A DNA stretch of 64,000 bases, from NCBI RefSeq assembly GCF_001194135.2, contig NC_068984.1, forward strand, positions 123,101,818 through 123,165,817, read 5' to 3'. The DNA is from Octopus bimaculoides. Taxonomy: Eukaryota. The translations under genes were made by a program, and so were the position numbers. The notes beneath the pieces were generated by a model, which saw only the letters and a list, made by a program, of their open reading frames with translations, made no database searches and was not told the origin of the DNA. Positions 25,379-40,330 of this stretch are shown piece after piece. The stretch's first letter is position 1; every line of letters starts with the position of its first letter.

Positions 25379-27816
25379 AATGCCTCGTTTTAACTAAGAA
25401 CAACCACGTGATCAAGATAGAACTCTTACTCTCGAAACAAAACGTTTCATTTTTTTTATGTATTTGCCACTCATTTATTATCATTAAAGTTTTTTTTAAT
25501 AGGGTATTTTTATATTGTAAATATTTTGAAATAATATCGTAAACACATACGCTTTCATTTTGTTGATTCGTTACATATACAAAAAAATTATTCTCCCTTA
25601 TTAATGCAACGTGTGTGCGTGTGCGCGTTAATGCTATCCGAAAAGTCCTCCGAACAGTTAAGAAGAGACTATTTTCGTCATGATAATTTTCATGGCGGTT
25701 GTACAAAATTAAATCACTCAGGCTTTTAACTTGAAATGATATGAACACTGCTTGATGTCGGCAACTCGACAAACTGGAGCCCAGCATCGAACAGCTCTAA
25801 AAAAAAGACCACACGAAAAGGGTTCTCGTAACAGGTTTAGTGAGAGCTGCATTTTCTGGGAAAAATACCCCATAAATATATATCTCCAACACAACATTGA
25901 CTTTGAAGTGAGGAAGTCTGTTATCTAATCTAAGTTGCCTGAGGCACTAATTTCCATTAGTTACTGGCTAGTGTCACTTCGTATTTCCCTTAGCAGACCC
26001 TCTATTTCACGTTACTGAATAATTATGCACCAAGTCGGCTATCGGATAGTCAGGATAAAGACTTCTATCAAACATTAGATAGAACACTGAATAGAAGAGC
26101 CAAACAAGATTAAGTTATCCTCATGGTTGATTAATGTGCAAATAAAGGAATTTAAATAAAAAAAAAACATGTTTATACTACAGGTGTATGGTGTTTGTAA
26201 ACGTGAGCACGACCTCACCTTTCCCAGCACCATCTTTCAGTATAATGTACATAAATATTTCATAAATAGATCTAAGATTGAAACACTGACATCGTTGTCT
26301 GGTAGATAGGACTGAAAGATGTTTTGCTCACATCTTTATCTTTTATCTTTTACTTGCTTCAATCATAAGACTGGCCATGCTGGTGCACTGCCTTGAAGAA
26401 GTTTTAGTTGAATGAATCAACTCCAGTAATTATTCTTTTTTTTTTAAGCCTGGTACTTATTTTTATCTGTCTCTTTTACCAAACTGCTAATTAACAGGGA
26501 TGTAAACATACCAAAACTGGTTGACAAGCAGTGGTGGCAGACAGACACAAAGACATACACATATATATAAGATGGACTTCTTTCTGTTTCTGTCTCCCAA
26601 ATCCACTCACAAGTCTATTTTAGGAGCCTGAAGCTATAGTACAAGATAGTTGCCTAAGGTGTGGAGAAATATACACTTATAGAGCGAAACAAAAGCCCTT
26701 ACAAATATGTGGTTGAAAAGCAAACGTTTTACCACACAGCCACACCTGCATCTACATGTGTATTGAAAGGAACTGGAGATCAGATAGACCATTCCATAAT
26801 GCTAACATTTGTACTCCTTACAGCATTTAAGAGGATCAACAGCTGCAAGCTATTCAGTCCTGATATTTGTAAGAGCTTTTGTTATTCTTCAGCTCTAAGT
26901 TAAAAGCTTCAGGCTTCAGAGACAGCTTTCACCTCAGAGGTTACATATGACAAATGGCCTTCCTTAAGCTCCATACTTATGATTCTTTTGCCAAAACTAG
27001 ATGATTCAAGACAGAATCTAAAAAAACGAAAGTCAAAAATAGTTTGACGAGAACACCTGCAGCACAACTGGTAACCCCTGAATGAAATATGCAAGTTCAA
27101 CAGAGCAACTCTGAACAATCCCTCATTGCACACACACACAAAAAGCAGTGGCAAACTCTACAAGGTGAGACTCAATCCTTACATTTGCTGAAAAATGAAG
27201 GGTGAATTGCAAAAGCTTAAGAAATCAGATACCTGCCAACCTGTATGACTTGCAATTTCTGTGATGCAATAGAAACTTTATGGCTTTACACCATCAGTCA
27301 AATCATCTGAAAGCAAGTTTATTTTGATTGACCAGTCCTCAATAGTGGATCACTGGAGAAAACATTTCAACCAACCCCTAAGCCAGATATCAGGCAGTCA
27401 TGGAGGAATTCATGAAAGCACTATTATTTCATAATGATGGCTTGCCTTGGAGAGCTCCCAATTATACTGAAGTTCATGTTGCCAGAACATCAAAAAGCTA
27501 GAAATCTTCTTGGCTGTATAACATTCTAATAGAGATCTTGAAAGAGGGTGGTTACTTCTGTACAAGAGAGCTTCATTGCTGTATTTGGAAACATAGAGTA
27601 TGTGCATCAACATTAGAAGGATGCTAACATTGTCACCGTCTGTAAAACAAAGAAGACAAACCTGTTTAATATAACAAAAGGGTTATAGCAATCCTGTCCA
27701 TTGCTTGGAAGATCCTTACCAAAGTCAACTTCAAAAGGCTACTTAAATCAGTGTCCAAAAGACATTACACCAGGATCACAATCCAGTTTTTGCAGGGTTC
27801 AAGAATTACTTGATAT

Positions 27817-28032
27817 TGTGGCAGATACTGGTGTCGCACAACTGGCACCTGTGCCAGTGGCATGCAAAAGTACCCATTACACTCTTGGAGTGGCTGGCAT
27901 TAGGAAGGGCATCCAGCTGTAGAAAACATACCAAATCAGACTTGAGCCTGGTGCAGCCCCTCAACTTACCAGCCATGGTCAAACTGTCCAGTCCATGTCA
28001 TCATGAACAATGGATGTTAAATGATGATGATC
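27817..28032 (+). mobile_element. RTE 3' tail / SINE-like repeat
   Basis: ggagtggctggcattaggaagggcatccagctgtagaaa...ttaaatgatgatgat. Confidence 0.8.
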
Positions 28033-28075
28033 TTCACTACATAGGAGCTCCAAAGAGTAATATCAGGATCTGATC

Positions 28076-28400
28076 TTTCCATTTGTGAATATGTCAAAGG
28101 CATTTGATAATGTAAATAGAGAGCTTGTGTGATGTTCTCAGAAAGTTTGGTTGCTGTCCAAATTTGTGAAACTCTTCTGCTAGTTCCACACTAGGACGAT
28201 GATTTATATCGCTATTGGACAGCAAAAATCCGTGTCCCTCAGTATAAAAACCAGTGTTAGACATAAGTACTGACTACTGTACCATTAAATATTTTCTTTA
28301 TCTGTATGACTTCTCTGTTATGCATAAGGCTGAAAACAGATAGGAGTCACTATTAACTACTAATTCAACATAAACATTTTTGACATCCAAAGCTGCTGGC
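28076..28400 (+). mobile_element. Degenerate non-LTR RT fragment (CR1/L2-like)
   Basis: FVNMSKAFDNVNRE motif near 28085-28125. Confidence 0.5.
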
Positions 28401-31109
28401 CCCTGCTAAGCTCAGCTCCAATCAAGTCCTTGAATTACAGTTATGCTGGTGGTTGTTTTCTAGTAGCTCATGCTCTAGAGATGCTATGGACCATCATCGC
28501 AGTGGCTGTTCACAGCATGAATGACAGTTATTGTCCAGAAATCTTAAGTCATCTGTCAATGGCACACTGCAACCAGTGCTGTCTTAAACCATGGATATAC
28601 TGGGNNNNNNNNNNTCACAGAGCTACAGACCCAATTCTTATCTATGAATACTGTAGTTTGCTACCAGTAAATAACTACCTATAATGTTGCTAAGGTGACC
28701 TTGACTGCAACACACTTTCCCTCATCTTTCTCTGCACAACAGCAATAACTAGCTACACCTATCCAATCCAGATACTTATGCTTCATCAATCATTTTCAAT
28801 ACACACTGAACAAGAAGGTTTTAAACTGCTTCAGACTGGCCTCTGCATAGCAGAATAGTGTTTCTTCTCTCCCGTATTGGTGTATGACACAGACCTCATA
28901 CATCCAACACATTAAGACTTTGGTGACCTTTAACATCTAGTAGCTCCAGAAGATCCTTTCAACCACTCAGTGAAATTATATTATTCACAGAAAACCTCTG
29001 TTGAATTCTCACTATACGCATTATCTTGCACTATCTTGAACTGGAATGAGATGATTTGGCACATTCATCCTGTTTTAAAAACAGTACTTTTTGGTACTAG
29101 AGATGAAATGTTGCTAAGCATTTTGTCCCGCATGCTAACAATTCTGCTAGCTCACTGCCTAAAGTTCAGAGAAATATTACCTTTGTTAATAACAGAGGTA
29201 CTCTCTTTTTGAGTGAAAGCAAATTGTATGATACTAATATATGAACTGTGGTGCTGCATGGTAGTGAGACACAACCCTTGCTCTGGCACTCCATCACTGT
29301 CCTCTTTTATCTCCTTTCCAACTATTCCCATCCAACCCTATATAATGTGGGGTAGCCATGACACCTGTGGTTGTCCTCTTACCATACTTTAGCTCTTCAA
29401 ACACCCGGCATAAAGCCACCTTCTCCTCTTAAAAACTTCCTGTCACTTAGTAGCAGGAGCTTTTTCATTTTCCTTTTTCCCTGTTCTTTTTCTGTCTTGC
29501 AAGTTACTTAACAACCTCACTAGTGCTGGTGACATGTAAAAGCATTCAGTATACACTGTAATGTGGTTGGCATTAGGAATGATATCCAGCTGTAGAAATT
29601 GTAGCATGTGGTTATGACAAAGGCTTGGTGTCAGTTTATATATATTAATTCTATGTTTTATAAGGCTTTATGAGTATACAGAGTCAATTTTATATTAAGA
29701 TTGTATTTTACATGTATTGAAGGTCTTCAACAGATAACTGATAATTTAGCTGGTCTTTTATGTCTCTGCAAAAATATATGGCCGTGTTGATTTTTTATCA
29801 TCTCTGATTTGGTTTAGAGCTGTGAAAATAGCTATTAGGAAAATTGTGCTGGTTTGTCTGGAGGTAAAACTTCATGAATGAGATGATGACTGCAACAAGT
29901 GGTAAGATGCTGTGTTGAAGAAGACTCATCCAATCCATGCAGAAGTACAAAAATGGATGTAAAGTGATGATGATGATGATGCTATTTCAGCTATAAATTA
30001 TTGTCTGATTAAAAGATCAGTCAGTCTATCAATAATTACCTTTTACTTGTTTCATTCATTAGACTGTGACCATTCTGGGGCACTGACTTGAAGAATTTTA
30101 GTTGAGTGAAACGACCCCTGTACTTATTTTCTTTTAAGCCTGGCACTTATTCTATAAGTCTCTTTTGCTAAACCACTAAGTTACGGAGATGTACACATAC
30201 CAACACTGGTTGTCAAGCAATGGAGGGGGACCACCAAAGACACACATACACACATGCATGCATGCATACATACAAATATATGTATATATATATAATAGGC
30301 TTTCAGTTTCTGTCAGCAAAATCCACCCACAAGGTTTTGGCCAGCCTAAAGGTATCACACAATTTTGGGGGAGGGGCCAGTTGATTAGATCAACCCAGTA
30401 CGCAACTGGTACTTAATTTATCGACCCCAGTAGGATGAAAGGCAAAGTTGACCGCGTGTCCTGTGTATAATGACAGCATAATGAAATTATACAAGATGAT
30501 TAAGATGATACTGTCTGCTTCGAAATTTTCCTCAACTTAACCAAAACTGAAGAGAAAAGTTGTTTTGAAATGCTTTCAAAAGATTAAAATTAGTTAATTT
30601 GCATTGATTAATGTATCAAATTTTTAAATAAGTCAAAAGTATTAAATCACAAAATATGATAGGCAAATTAAACTAGTTCAGTCAAAGCCAAGAGGGAGCT
30701 TCTACATGATCAATCACCTCACTAGAAATAGCAGCAAAATCTTACGTAAGTTACACCCGACTAACTTATAAAACTGAATAACCCAATGGATGATGTAGAT
30801 CAGTTCTTCTCTGTCTCTTTATTAATAGGAAAACACTACGATTATGCATCCATATAATTCTTCGTCCTTCGGTATGGGGTTGGACACGTTTAAAATCATA
30901 CGCCTTAATTAAGCAGAAATTTGACCGTCCTCTTTTCAATCAATCCCACAGGTCACTTTAACGTTAGACGACATTCGAGGGCTCGGCAATTTCTTGTTGA
31001 AAAATCACATCGATAATTTGTTTATAGCAATCAAATGCTCGTGTTCATTTAAGGTCACTCCCTCCATCAAATCGACATTACCTGTACAGGTGCACCATGT
31101 GCCACATGT

Positions 31110-31244
31110 CAGATGACGAAATGATCGTAGAACAACATGAAATAATGTGCTTTACTCAAGAAGACAACACAACGCCCGGTCTCTGAATCGAAATCACGAT
31201 CTCGCAATCGTGAGTGCAACACCCAAACCACTAAGCCATGCGCT
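31110..31244 (-). mobile_element. tRNA-headed SINE
   Basis: - strand gcgcatggcttagtggtttggg...gatttcgattc (A and B boxes); similar heads at 33808 and 34066 on +. Confidence 0.7.
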
Positions 31245-31261
31245 TTCACCCGCACGCGCGC

Positions 31262-31303
<42 letters not shown>

Positions 31304-31933
31304 GAAAAAAACAGGACGATCACGAGTGAAATGTTTTGATCATAGGTCAGTTGGATCAGAGCCGATGTGGAGCTACGAAGCCACACCTACAAAATCAATC
31401 ATTTTAAATTTATATTTTTCAAATTAGATGGTTATGGGCTCGTTCTTCTATTTAGGATACAATCCAGACCTCTGAACACACACAGCAATTTATATTTATT
31501 CGAGAGTATAAAGTTCTAATTGTTTAGATAAGGTCGAATACGTAGGTATACACACATGACAGTCAGATAGTATCACTTGTCATTAATGATTATCGTATTT
31601 TTCAGACATCGCATTATTATGAAATATAATAGATTAATGCAAGATTTACTGCTTATATATGGAAAAGTAATCACTTCTTTTATCTAGCAGTTTTATATAT
31701 CTTTATAGTGGGAGGTAATTCTGCTCGAAATCAAGGTTCGCTTATATTAATTATTATTAAATGTGCATGTATAATGATGAATGAATATAGAAATTAATAT
31801 TTTTTGTGAAGGAAATATAAATTATACTAAAAGAAATATATATCAGTGAAATTCATTTCATAAACACAAAAAATAAAACAAATCTATTGAAATTAATGTA
31901 ACTAGCAGACGACTTTGTACAGTTTCCTGTGTA

Positions 31934-32054
31934 ATGGCGGCGAAAGTGAAGCCATCCCGGCTGGAGGCTGAAATTGAGAAATGTAGGGCCGAATGCAGCT
32001 GGCAAAGGGCTTTAGAATTTGTCAGACAACTTGTTCACAAGTCTCCAGGTTTTG
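31934..32054 (+). CDS. TTC7: TTC7 exon 1 (121 nt): MAAKVKPSRLEAEIEKCRAECSWQRALEFVRQLVHKSPGF
   Basis: Matches the TTC7B N-terminus (SRLETEIERCRSECQWERIPELVKQL); donor G|gtaagt. Confidence 0.93.
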
Positions 32055-32740
32055 GTAAGTCAAGTCTTTTCAATCCAGATTTTTTCTTTGCTGTTTTTTT
32101 CCGTTTTCACTTCCTTTGACTTTTATTGCAGTAGTGGCTTTTAACGCAAATGCCACATCAAGGAAGTTTCCTTCTCACATCTGTTGGATTTTCCTTCTTG
32201 TAATATATGAAACACCTATTCAACAGACATCGTAGCAGTAGAGATATTATGGATTCATGCCAAGTTTATTGTAACCATTGATATTCATGCTGTAAACTTA
32301 AAAGCTTTAGTGTACATACGAGGGGGCGAGCGTTGTTGAGCGATAGGTAACAGCACGGTCGGAACAAATCCGCGATACTGTTTCGATACCTGATCGAAGA
32401 CTATTTCATTGCCTTCTGATTACACTTCTAATATTCCTGTCAAAGGCACGAATGCCATAACTTTCAACTGTACTTCTTTGATGCCTAAGATCTATGTAGC
32501 TGATAATAAAAGAATACCCCAATATATGTTTACATGAGTGTCAAGTGCTGTAAAGTAGGATGTAAACTCTCGGTGAGTGGGTGTCCACGTTACTGTTTCG
32601 ATGTCAAGTCGATGCTATTTTCTTTCCGTTGACGCTGGTAAGTGCTTTTCGGACAGATCCAAATGCCACAAGAATCCTATTTCCTCATCTCCATAAATAG
32701 TTAGACTATCTGCTAATACAAGAAATCAATAAATTTCAGC

Positions 32741-32744
<4 letters not shown>

Positions 32745-32820
<76 letters not shown>

Positions 32821-32822
32821 TA
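32745..32822. repeat. (TA)n microsatellite, representative of many (TA)n, (CA)n, (GA)n and (CAT)n tracts (e.g. 46782-46876, 48826-48920, 61420-61520, 62105-62184)
   Basis: Directly visible. Confidence 0.95.
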
Positions 32823-33411
32823 CATTGCATAGTGGTTGGTCGGCTTATATTATGCATTTATATGGTCATTGTAAACTTTTTCGATCGCAAATTGTTTCTG
32901 GACACACATGCATGCTGGCATCCATCCATCTACACACACAGATGTATACACATGTAACGTGTGTGTGTGTGCTGTCTTAATGTATCGCCATGAATCAGTG
33001 ATATATAAATGTAACAATTAGATCCATAACAAGAAGTTATATAATCATTTCTCTTCTCGCTCCCTGACCGCTGTTGTCCATTAACCTAGTTCTTTAAACG
33101 AGGTTAATGATCACAATCCCTTCCACACCCAAGTCATTGAGGTTTGTAGAAACGAACCCCTTGCGATTGGGAAGATAAATCGCAAACGAAGATCTATGAT
33201 AAACTGTACAGTTCCTGTTGTTATTTAACATTTCAGTGCAGGGAGATCAAATATGATTTTTCATTCTGTTGATGTATACAATTATACAGTCGACCAAATT
33301 GTAGTATGTATGATTATGCAGTACTGTTTACCTTACATATAAATAAACATACATCAGATGTTACATGTTACGTTTTGTACCACAAAATAAACAAATCTCT
33401 TTCTCTCCTTC

Positions 33412-33442
<31 letters not shown>

Positions 33443-34791
33443 NNNNNNNNNNNNNNNNNNNNNNNNNNNNNNNNNNNNNNNNNNNNNNNNNNNNNNNNNN
33501 NNNNNNNNNNNNNNNNNNNNNNNNNNNNNNNNNNNNNNNNNNNNNNNNNNNNNNNNNNNNNNNNNNNNNNNNNNNNNNNNNNNNNNNNNNNNNNNNNNNN
33601 NNNNNNNNNNNNNNNNNNNNNNNNNNNNNNNNNNNNNNNNNNNNNNNNNNNNNNNNNNNNNNNNNNNNNNATATATAATACCTTTTCACACACACACACA
33701 TTTGTGTTATATATTTACTATGGATTGCTTGAAGCTAACTTTCTTCCTACACCTCGATCCTTAGATCTTATATATATATATAAAGATCTTATATATATAT
33801 AAAGTGTGGAGGCACATGGCTTAATGGTTAGTGTGTTGCACCCCTGATTACAAGATTTCTGGACCAGGTAATGCTTTGTGTTCTTGAGCAATATGTTTTA
33901 TTTCATGTTGCTCAAGTTCACTTATTTACTAAAAATGTGTAACCTTGTAAAGGACTGGTGTCCCATTCATTGGGGTAATATATATGTTACAGAATCTGAT
34001 AAACTGGCCTTATGAACCTATCGCTTGGGAGGGATCATTGATCCTTTTCAAATATATATATTCACAAGAGCACGAGGCCTACTGGTTAGGGTGTTACAGT
34101 CACAGTCATGAGATTATAGTTTCAATAACTAGATGTTCTGCAATCACTTTGACATCTAACAGCTGGTACATTATGTATCTGTAAAGGCAGTGTCAGTTTG
34201 ATGGAGAGAGTAAGCTAATGTGTAGCACAAACATTTGATCTCTATGAACAAATTGTCTGAAGAATTTGTTCAGCAAGGTGCTGAACCCTCATCTCTTGTC
34301 TACCCCACTCCCCCATATATAGTCAGTACTTGGGCTTGAGGTTAATAAGTTTGAACATAGATCTGTATTTTTTTGTATTTAGAGAGCATTTTTATGTAAA
34401 TAGCTTAGAGGAGGGGCCTTTTAGGGCATCAATATCTGTGGGAGGAAGTTTTTTTCAGATTAGAGATCTGGCCTAAATACTTGCGAAAAAGTGGACTCTG
34501 TTATAGGAATTCAGTGGCTGATGGATTGTCTACCACCAAATTTTACACCCCTTTGTTCAACTTGTTATCACAAATAGGTACTGTATCATTCTAGACTTTA
34601 TGCCATAAAAGCTGGACCTAAACACTGGTCCTTAAGAGTTCTTTGCAGCTTAGGAAGTATTTAGAATGATAAATTCAAAGTTTTATCAAAACCCACTCTA
34701 TATCTGATTGTGTTAATAGTAGCCTCCCAGTCATACAACAGCTTGGGTGTTTGTCAATAAATTTATCACCTCTTTGACATGTTTTTCTCCT

Positions 34792-35018
34792 TTAACCCTT
34801 TAGTATTTAAACTGGCCATATCTGGCACAAATATTCTACTTGTTTTATGTTCAAACTGGCCAGATGTGACCTCTCACACATACACTACAATATCATTCTA
34901 GAATTTAACAGTTACCTCATCAAAATCTCAAAGCTGCAAGATATTGCATAATTGATTAAAGACATATGAATAAATAAGCATTACTTTTGACAGAATAATG
35001 TGAACACTAAAGGGTTAG
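34792..35018. mobile_element. TTAA MITE
   Basis: ttaacccttttagtattt...taaagggttag. Confidence 0.75.
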
Positions 35019-35479
35019 TGTGCTTCATCAACCATAATTAAGTGGATAAAGTATTTTGCTTTGTATCTAAAATTTTAAATGCTTCTAGTTTGCCATTAGT
35101 TCTTGTTATTGCTCAATGTAAGGTATTGATTTCATGGCTCATGTATGGTGATGGATATCCATTGTTTGACAATGTTGATTCTAAATTAACATAAAAGTGG
35201 CTGAGCATTTCACAGACACCCATAATGTAATTCTGAGATAGAATCAGTATGACACATTGTGTGAAAAGGGTTTATCTTTTGGGTCACAGGTCAATCCACC
35301 CATGACTTAATTTCTGTCACAAAGTATGGATTAACCCTGAAACCATAGAAATGATATTTGTTCAAGATGTTATGTTGAGCATTCAAACCTGAGATTTTGT
35401 GGATGCAAAATAAATTTCTTAAAGGTTTGACTATACTCATCATCATCCATCATTTTGAATCTGGATTTTGTCCCCGTTA

Positions 35480-35800
35480 ACGGTGGGTGGGGGTGGGATG
35501 GTGGTGGCCAGATCTACCTCAATGCCATAGCAACTTCCCTCACACCATCTTGCCATCTTGCCAGGTTCTCAAACCAACCCTCCCCATCTTCTCCTCCACC
35601 TGTCTCTTCCACATTTTCCTCGGTCTGCCTTGCTTTTGCTGTCCCTTCACCTCAAACTCTAGCACCCTCCTCAGAATATGCTCCTCATCCCTCCTCAACA
35701 CACACCCATACCACCATGCTCCATGTGCTCTTGCCAGCCATTCCACTGATTCCTCCAGCCCCAGCATCCCCATCAACAGAAAATCCAGCTACAAAAAAGT
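35480..35800 (-). mobile_element. RTE LINE 3' fragment
   Basis: WYGCVLRRDEEHILRRVLEFEVKGQQKQGRPRKMW in ORF 35540-35776. Confidence 0.8.
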
Positions 35801-36275
35801 CTCATGAAAGGATATACTATGCCTGTATATTGAAAAAAGTACTTGTAGATTTGTTAGGCAAAAATTGAAAGAAGTCCATTGCATATAAATATATATCTAT
35901 CCTTTCCATGCTGGCATTGAAAGCAGACATTAAATGATGATGATGATCTATTTCTATCTATCTGTCTATATATATATATATGATTTCTACAATAATCTTA
36001 TAAACTGACAAGGCAGGTTGAGTTTAACCCAAGATGCTAGGTGAGAGTCACTGAAGAGCATTAATATAAATGCGAAATCACTGTGATCTGGCTATTCCTA
36101 GGCACTGAGAGAGTTTGCATTACTTGTCAGTCATTAAGATAAGGTGCTCTTTGTGGCTATGAGTTGTTTTAACTCTTATTTCTAGCAATACTGGTGCTGA
36201 CTAGTGCTCTCAGTCACTTTAGTGACGTATATGTTTCTGCCTTTCAGTTGTAAAATTGCAAACAAGCCACCCTTA

Positions 36276-36333
<58 letters not shown>

Positions 36334-39014
36334 ATACATATTTGTACACATATACAAACATGCAAGTGTGTATGTGTGTGTGTGTGTATTCATGGTTTTT
36401 TTTACAGTTGTGATCCTCTTACAATTGCTGAGCTAAAACAGTAATGTTGTCATTTACCTTGTCAACAAACTGGCTCATGGCTTTGCATCTTTAATGACAT
36501 TGGAATAAGGAATCACTTGAAAATGAAGTGACGTTGGTGAAAGGAAGGGCATCTGATGGTAAAGCTGTCATAATATGTCTCAAATTTTCTGATGCGTGCT
36601 AGCATAGGAAAAATAAACGATTTTATTTTATATATATATTTTATATTTTATTTTATATATATTTATATATGCATATACATATATATATATGATCATCCTT
36701 ATCATTTTAACACCTGTCCAATCCATGTTGGAAAACAGATGTTAAATGATGATGATGATGACGACCCATTTTTCCATGCTTACAAGGTCATACAGAGTTT
36801 ATTGAGGCAGATTTTCTCTCATCGGATGCCCTTCCTGTTGTAAATCCTCACCTGTTTCCTCATGGCCAGACATGTTCATGCAGAATAATGGATATAGATG
36901 ACAGCGACAATCATTTTATGACTATCATGCAATATCATGACAAAGAGGCACAAATATACACACACTCACATGTACATCATACATCACACCCACACACACA
37001 CACACATATTTATATACATATAAAGTGCAGGATTCTTATAACTTCTGTCTGCCAAATCTACTCACAAAACTTTAGCTGGCTTGGGTTATAATAGAAAATA
37101 CTTGCCCAAGGTGCCACGCAGTGTGACTGAACCTGGAACCATGTGGTTGGGAAGCAAGCTTCTTGCCATGCAGCTAAACCTGTGCTTATAATGTATGTGT
37201 ATATACATATATATATGCATAAATACAGATAGATTTGGGGTGGAAGGAAACTGAAAGAGGCCTCTCATGTACACACGCACACACGTGCATGCATGTGTGT
37301 GTGTGTTTGTGTCTGTTTGTCCCCTACCACTGCTTGACAACTGGTGTTGGTATGTTTATGTTTCCATAACTTGGCAGTTCAGCAAAAGCGACCAATAGAA
37401 TAAGTGCTTGGCTTAAAATAAGGAAAATAAGTACTGGGGTCAATTGATTAAACTTAAAATTCAAGGTAGTGCCCCAGCATGGCCACAGTCTAATCACTGA
37501 AAAAGGAAAAGATGTATCACCACCACCACCACCACCACCACCACGTGACACATTGGGACTAAACCCAAGACCACATAGTTAGAAAGTTAGCTTTTTAACC
37601 ATTCAGTTACATCTGCACCTTTGTGTGTGTAGTGTGTGTGTGTATAATTGTAAAATATATTGGTTTCAATTTTTGGCACAAGGCCATCAATTCCGGTAGA
37701 GTTGATAACATCGACTTATTTTATCGACCCCAAAAGATGACAGGCAAAGTTGACCTTGGCAGAATTTGAACACAAAGTTGACCTTGGTGGAATTTGAACT
37801 CAAAATCTTAAGACAGGATGAAATGCTGCTAAGCATTTTGCTTGGCATGTTAATGAGTGCCAGTTCACTGCCTTTAATAATTGTAAAATTTATTGAAATG
37901 TATTTCACATAGTGCAACATTTAATATAGAAACTCAATATGTTGGGAATAGTGGAGTGATATGTTTGTTATAGCAAGAGTTGACTGTCTACTCTGAGCGT
38001 AGTAGTGTGCTTGGCTGTTCACACTTATGAATAGTTTGGAGTAAGACTCAAAATAGAGACTGTGAGCTTGGTAAATACACACACACATACATGCCTGTGT
38101 GTGCTCTCCCTACCTCCCTCTCTCTCTTGCGCATGCACATACACACACAGCGGTTTGGTAGATCAAATGGGAGAAATACAATTTGATAAATGACTATATA
38201 CATTTTTTATTACGTTTTAATTTTTATTATTTTTAATCACAAAAGATACAAATAGATTAAGAACTGTTAAATGTGTGTGTGTGTGTATATGTTTCTTTAT
38301 TTATATTTATCTATTTATAAACTTTTCAGAAAGGTTGGTAGCAACTTGAAAGTTGTACCTTGCTTACCTTTGTCAGTCTGATGAAGACATGTAAACCAAA
38401 ATTTCAAAGTCATTATTAACTGCTTCATTGTAAATGTTGATAAATATATATTCTACTATAAAGTATTGAGTAACACTTCAGTTTAATGTATTAAAGAATA
38501 CTCAACACTTCGCAGATGTGGTTGTTTGGTTAAGAAGTTTGCTTCTCAGTCATGTGGTAGATTTGGTAGACTGAAACTGAAAGAAGTCTGTTTTGTGAGT
38601 GTGTGTGTGTGTTTGTGCTGATTTTTGTTGATCTCCATGCTATAGTTTTAAAGGAGCTTCACAGTCACACAAGCTGTGTCATTCCTTTTCTGTGAAACGT
38701 CTAAAAATTGGAAAATATTATATTGCATAGAAACTGGCAAAGATTGGTGCCTCGAAGGGCATGAAGTCAAAGCCATAAAGAATCTGCTTCAATTAATTCT
38801 ATCTGATCCATGCAAACATGAGAAAGTAGATGCTAAATCTCTAATGTATATATTTATATATCATCATCATCTCTGTATTGTTTCAATTTTAGAACATGTA
38901 TTGCTGAAGCTTGTACATATTTTGTATATGTTCATTAATGCATGAAAGCAAAAATACAAAACATACAAATTATAGATTTACACACATGTCTTAAAATAAT
39001 CTGGGCTTCAGTAT

Positions 39015-40330
39015 AACATAAAGGGACTGAAGAAGTTCCAGGTATAGAAGCAAGGTCTAGAATTGAAAGGCCTTAGAGTTAACCTAGCAAAAACCAAAGT
39101 ATTAGTAAGTAGGAAGGCAGAAAAATCACAAATCCCTTCAGGTAGATGGCCCTGCTCGATCTGTAGAAAAGGTGTAGGTAGAAACTCCATAAGATATACC
39201 CAGTGTAAGCTATGGACACATAAGAGGTGCAGCAATATCAGAGGAAAGTTAACAGGGAAAATAGCTTTTGTGTGTGGAAGATGCACAGGTACAATAAACA
39301 CCGAAAATATACAGAAAATGGATTTCATCAATTGCCAGTGGGTTAAGCTAGAGATAGTAGATAGCCTCCGTTATCTAGGTGACCAAGTTAGTAGCAGAAG
39401 CGGATGCTCCGAGAGTGTAGCTGTGAGAATAAGAATAGGTTGGGCAAATTGAGAAAACTCCTACCTCTGCTGGCAACAAAGAACCTCTCCCTCAGAGTGA
39501 AAGGCAGATTGTATGATGCTTGTGTGCAAACAGCAAAGCTACATGGCAGTGAAACATGGGCTGTGACAGCCAAAGCCATGTGTAGGCTTGAAAGAAATGA
39601 AGCCAGTATGCTTCGCTGGATGTGCTATGTAAGTGTGCATGTTCGACAGAGTGTAAGCATCATGAGAGAAAAGTTGGGCATAAGAGGCATCAGATGTGGT
39701 GTGCAAGAGAGACGACTGCACTGGTATAATCATGTAATGCATATGTATGAGGACAGCTGTGTAAAGAAGTGCCGATCTCTAACTGTAGTGGAAACTTGTG
39801 GTAGAGGTAGACCCAGGAAGACATGGGATGAGATAGTGAAGCATGATCTTTGAACTTTGGGCCTCACAGAGACTAGTGACTGAGATCTCTGGGGATATGC
39901 TGTGCTTGAGAAGACCCATCAAGCCAAGTGAAATTGCAGTCATGGCTGATGCAGGTGTCATATAACTGGTACCCATGCCAGTGGCACAGAAAAAGTACCT
40001 TTTGAGTCTTGGGCCTCACAGAAGCAAAGTGGTCGATGCCGGTGGCATTTGAAAAGCTCCTTTCGAGTGTTGGGCCTCACAGAGGCAATGACCGAGACCT
40101 TTGGCATTATGTCATGCTTGAGAAGAAGACCATTCAAGCCAAGTAAAATCGCAGTTGTGGCAGATATCGATGTCACGTAAAAGCACCCATTACACTCTCT
40201 AAGTGGTTGGCGTTAGGAAGGGCATCCAGCCGTTGAAACCATGCCAAATCAGACTGAGGTCTGGTGCAGCCTTTCAGCTTACCAGCCCCGGTCAAACCGT
40301 CCAACCCATTCCAGCATAAATAACGACAAT
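39015..40330 (+). mobile_element. 5'-truncated RTE LINE with 3' UTR
   Basis: KGLRVNLAKTK, cysteine-rich CSICRKGVG, RYLGDQV, LHGSETWAV, GRGRPRKTW (ORFs 39063-39452, 39404-39853); homologous to 16215-16441. Confidence 0.92.

Noticed and set aside
25379-31933. Shared bidirectional promoter for RPS27A and TTC7
   Set aside because: The interval is about 6.5 kb and filled with SINE and LINE remnants.
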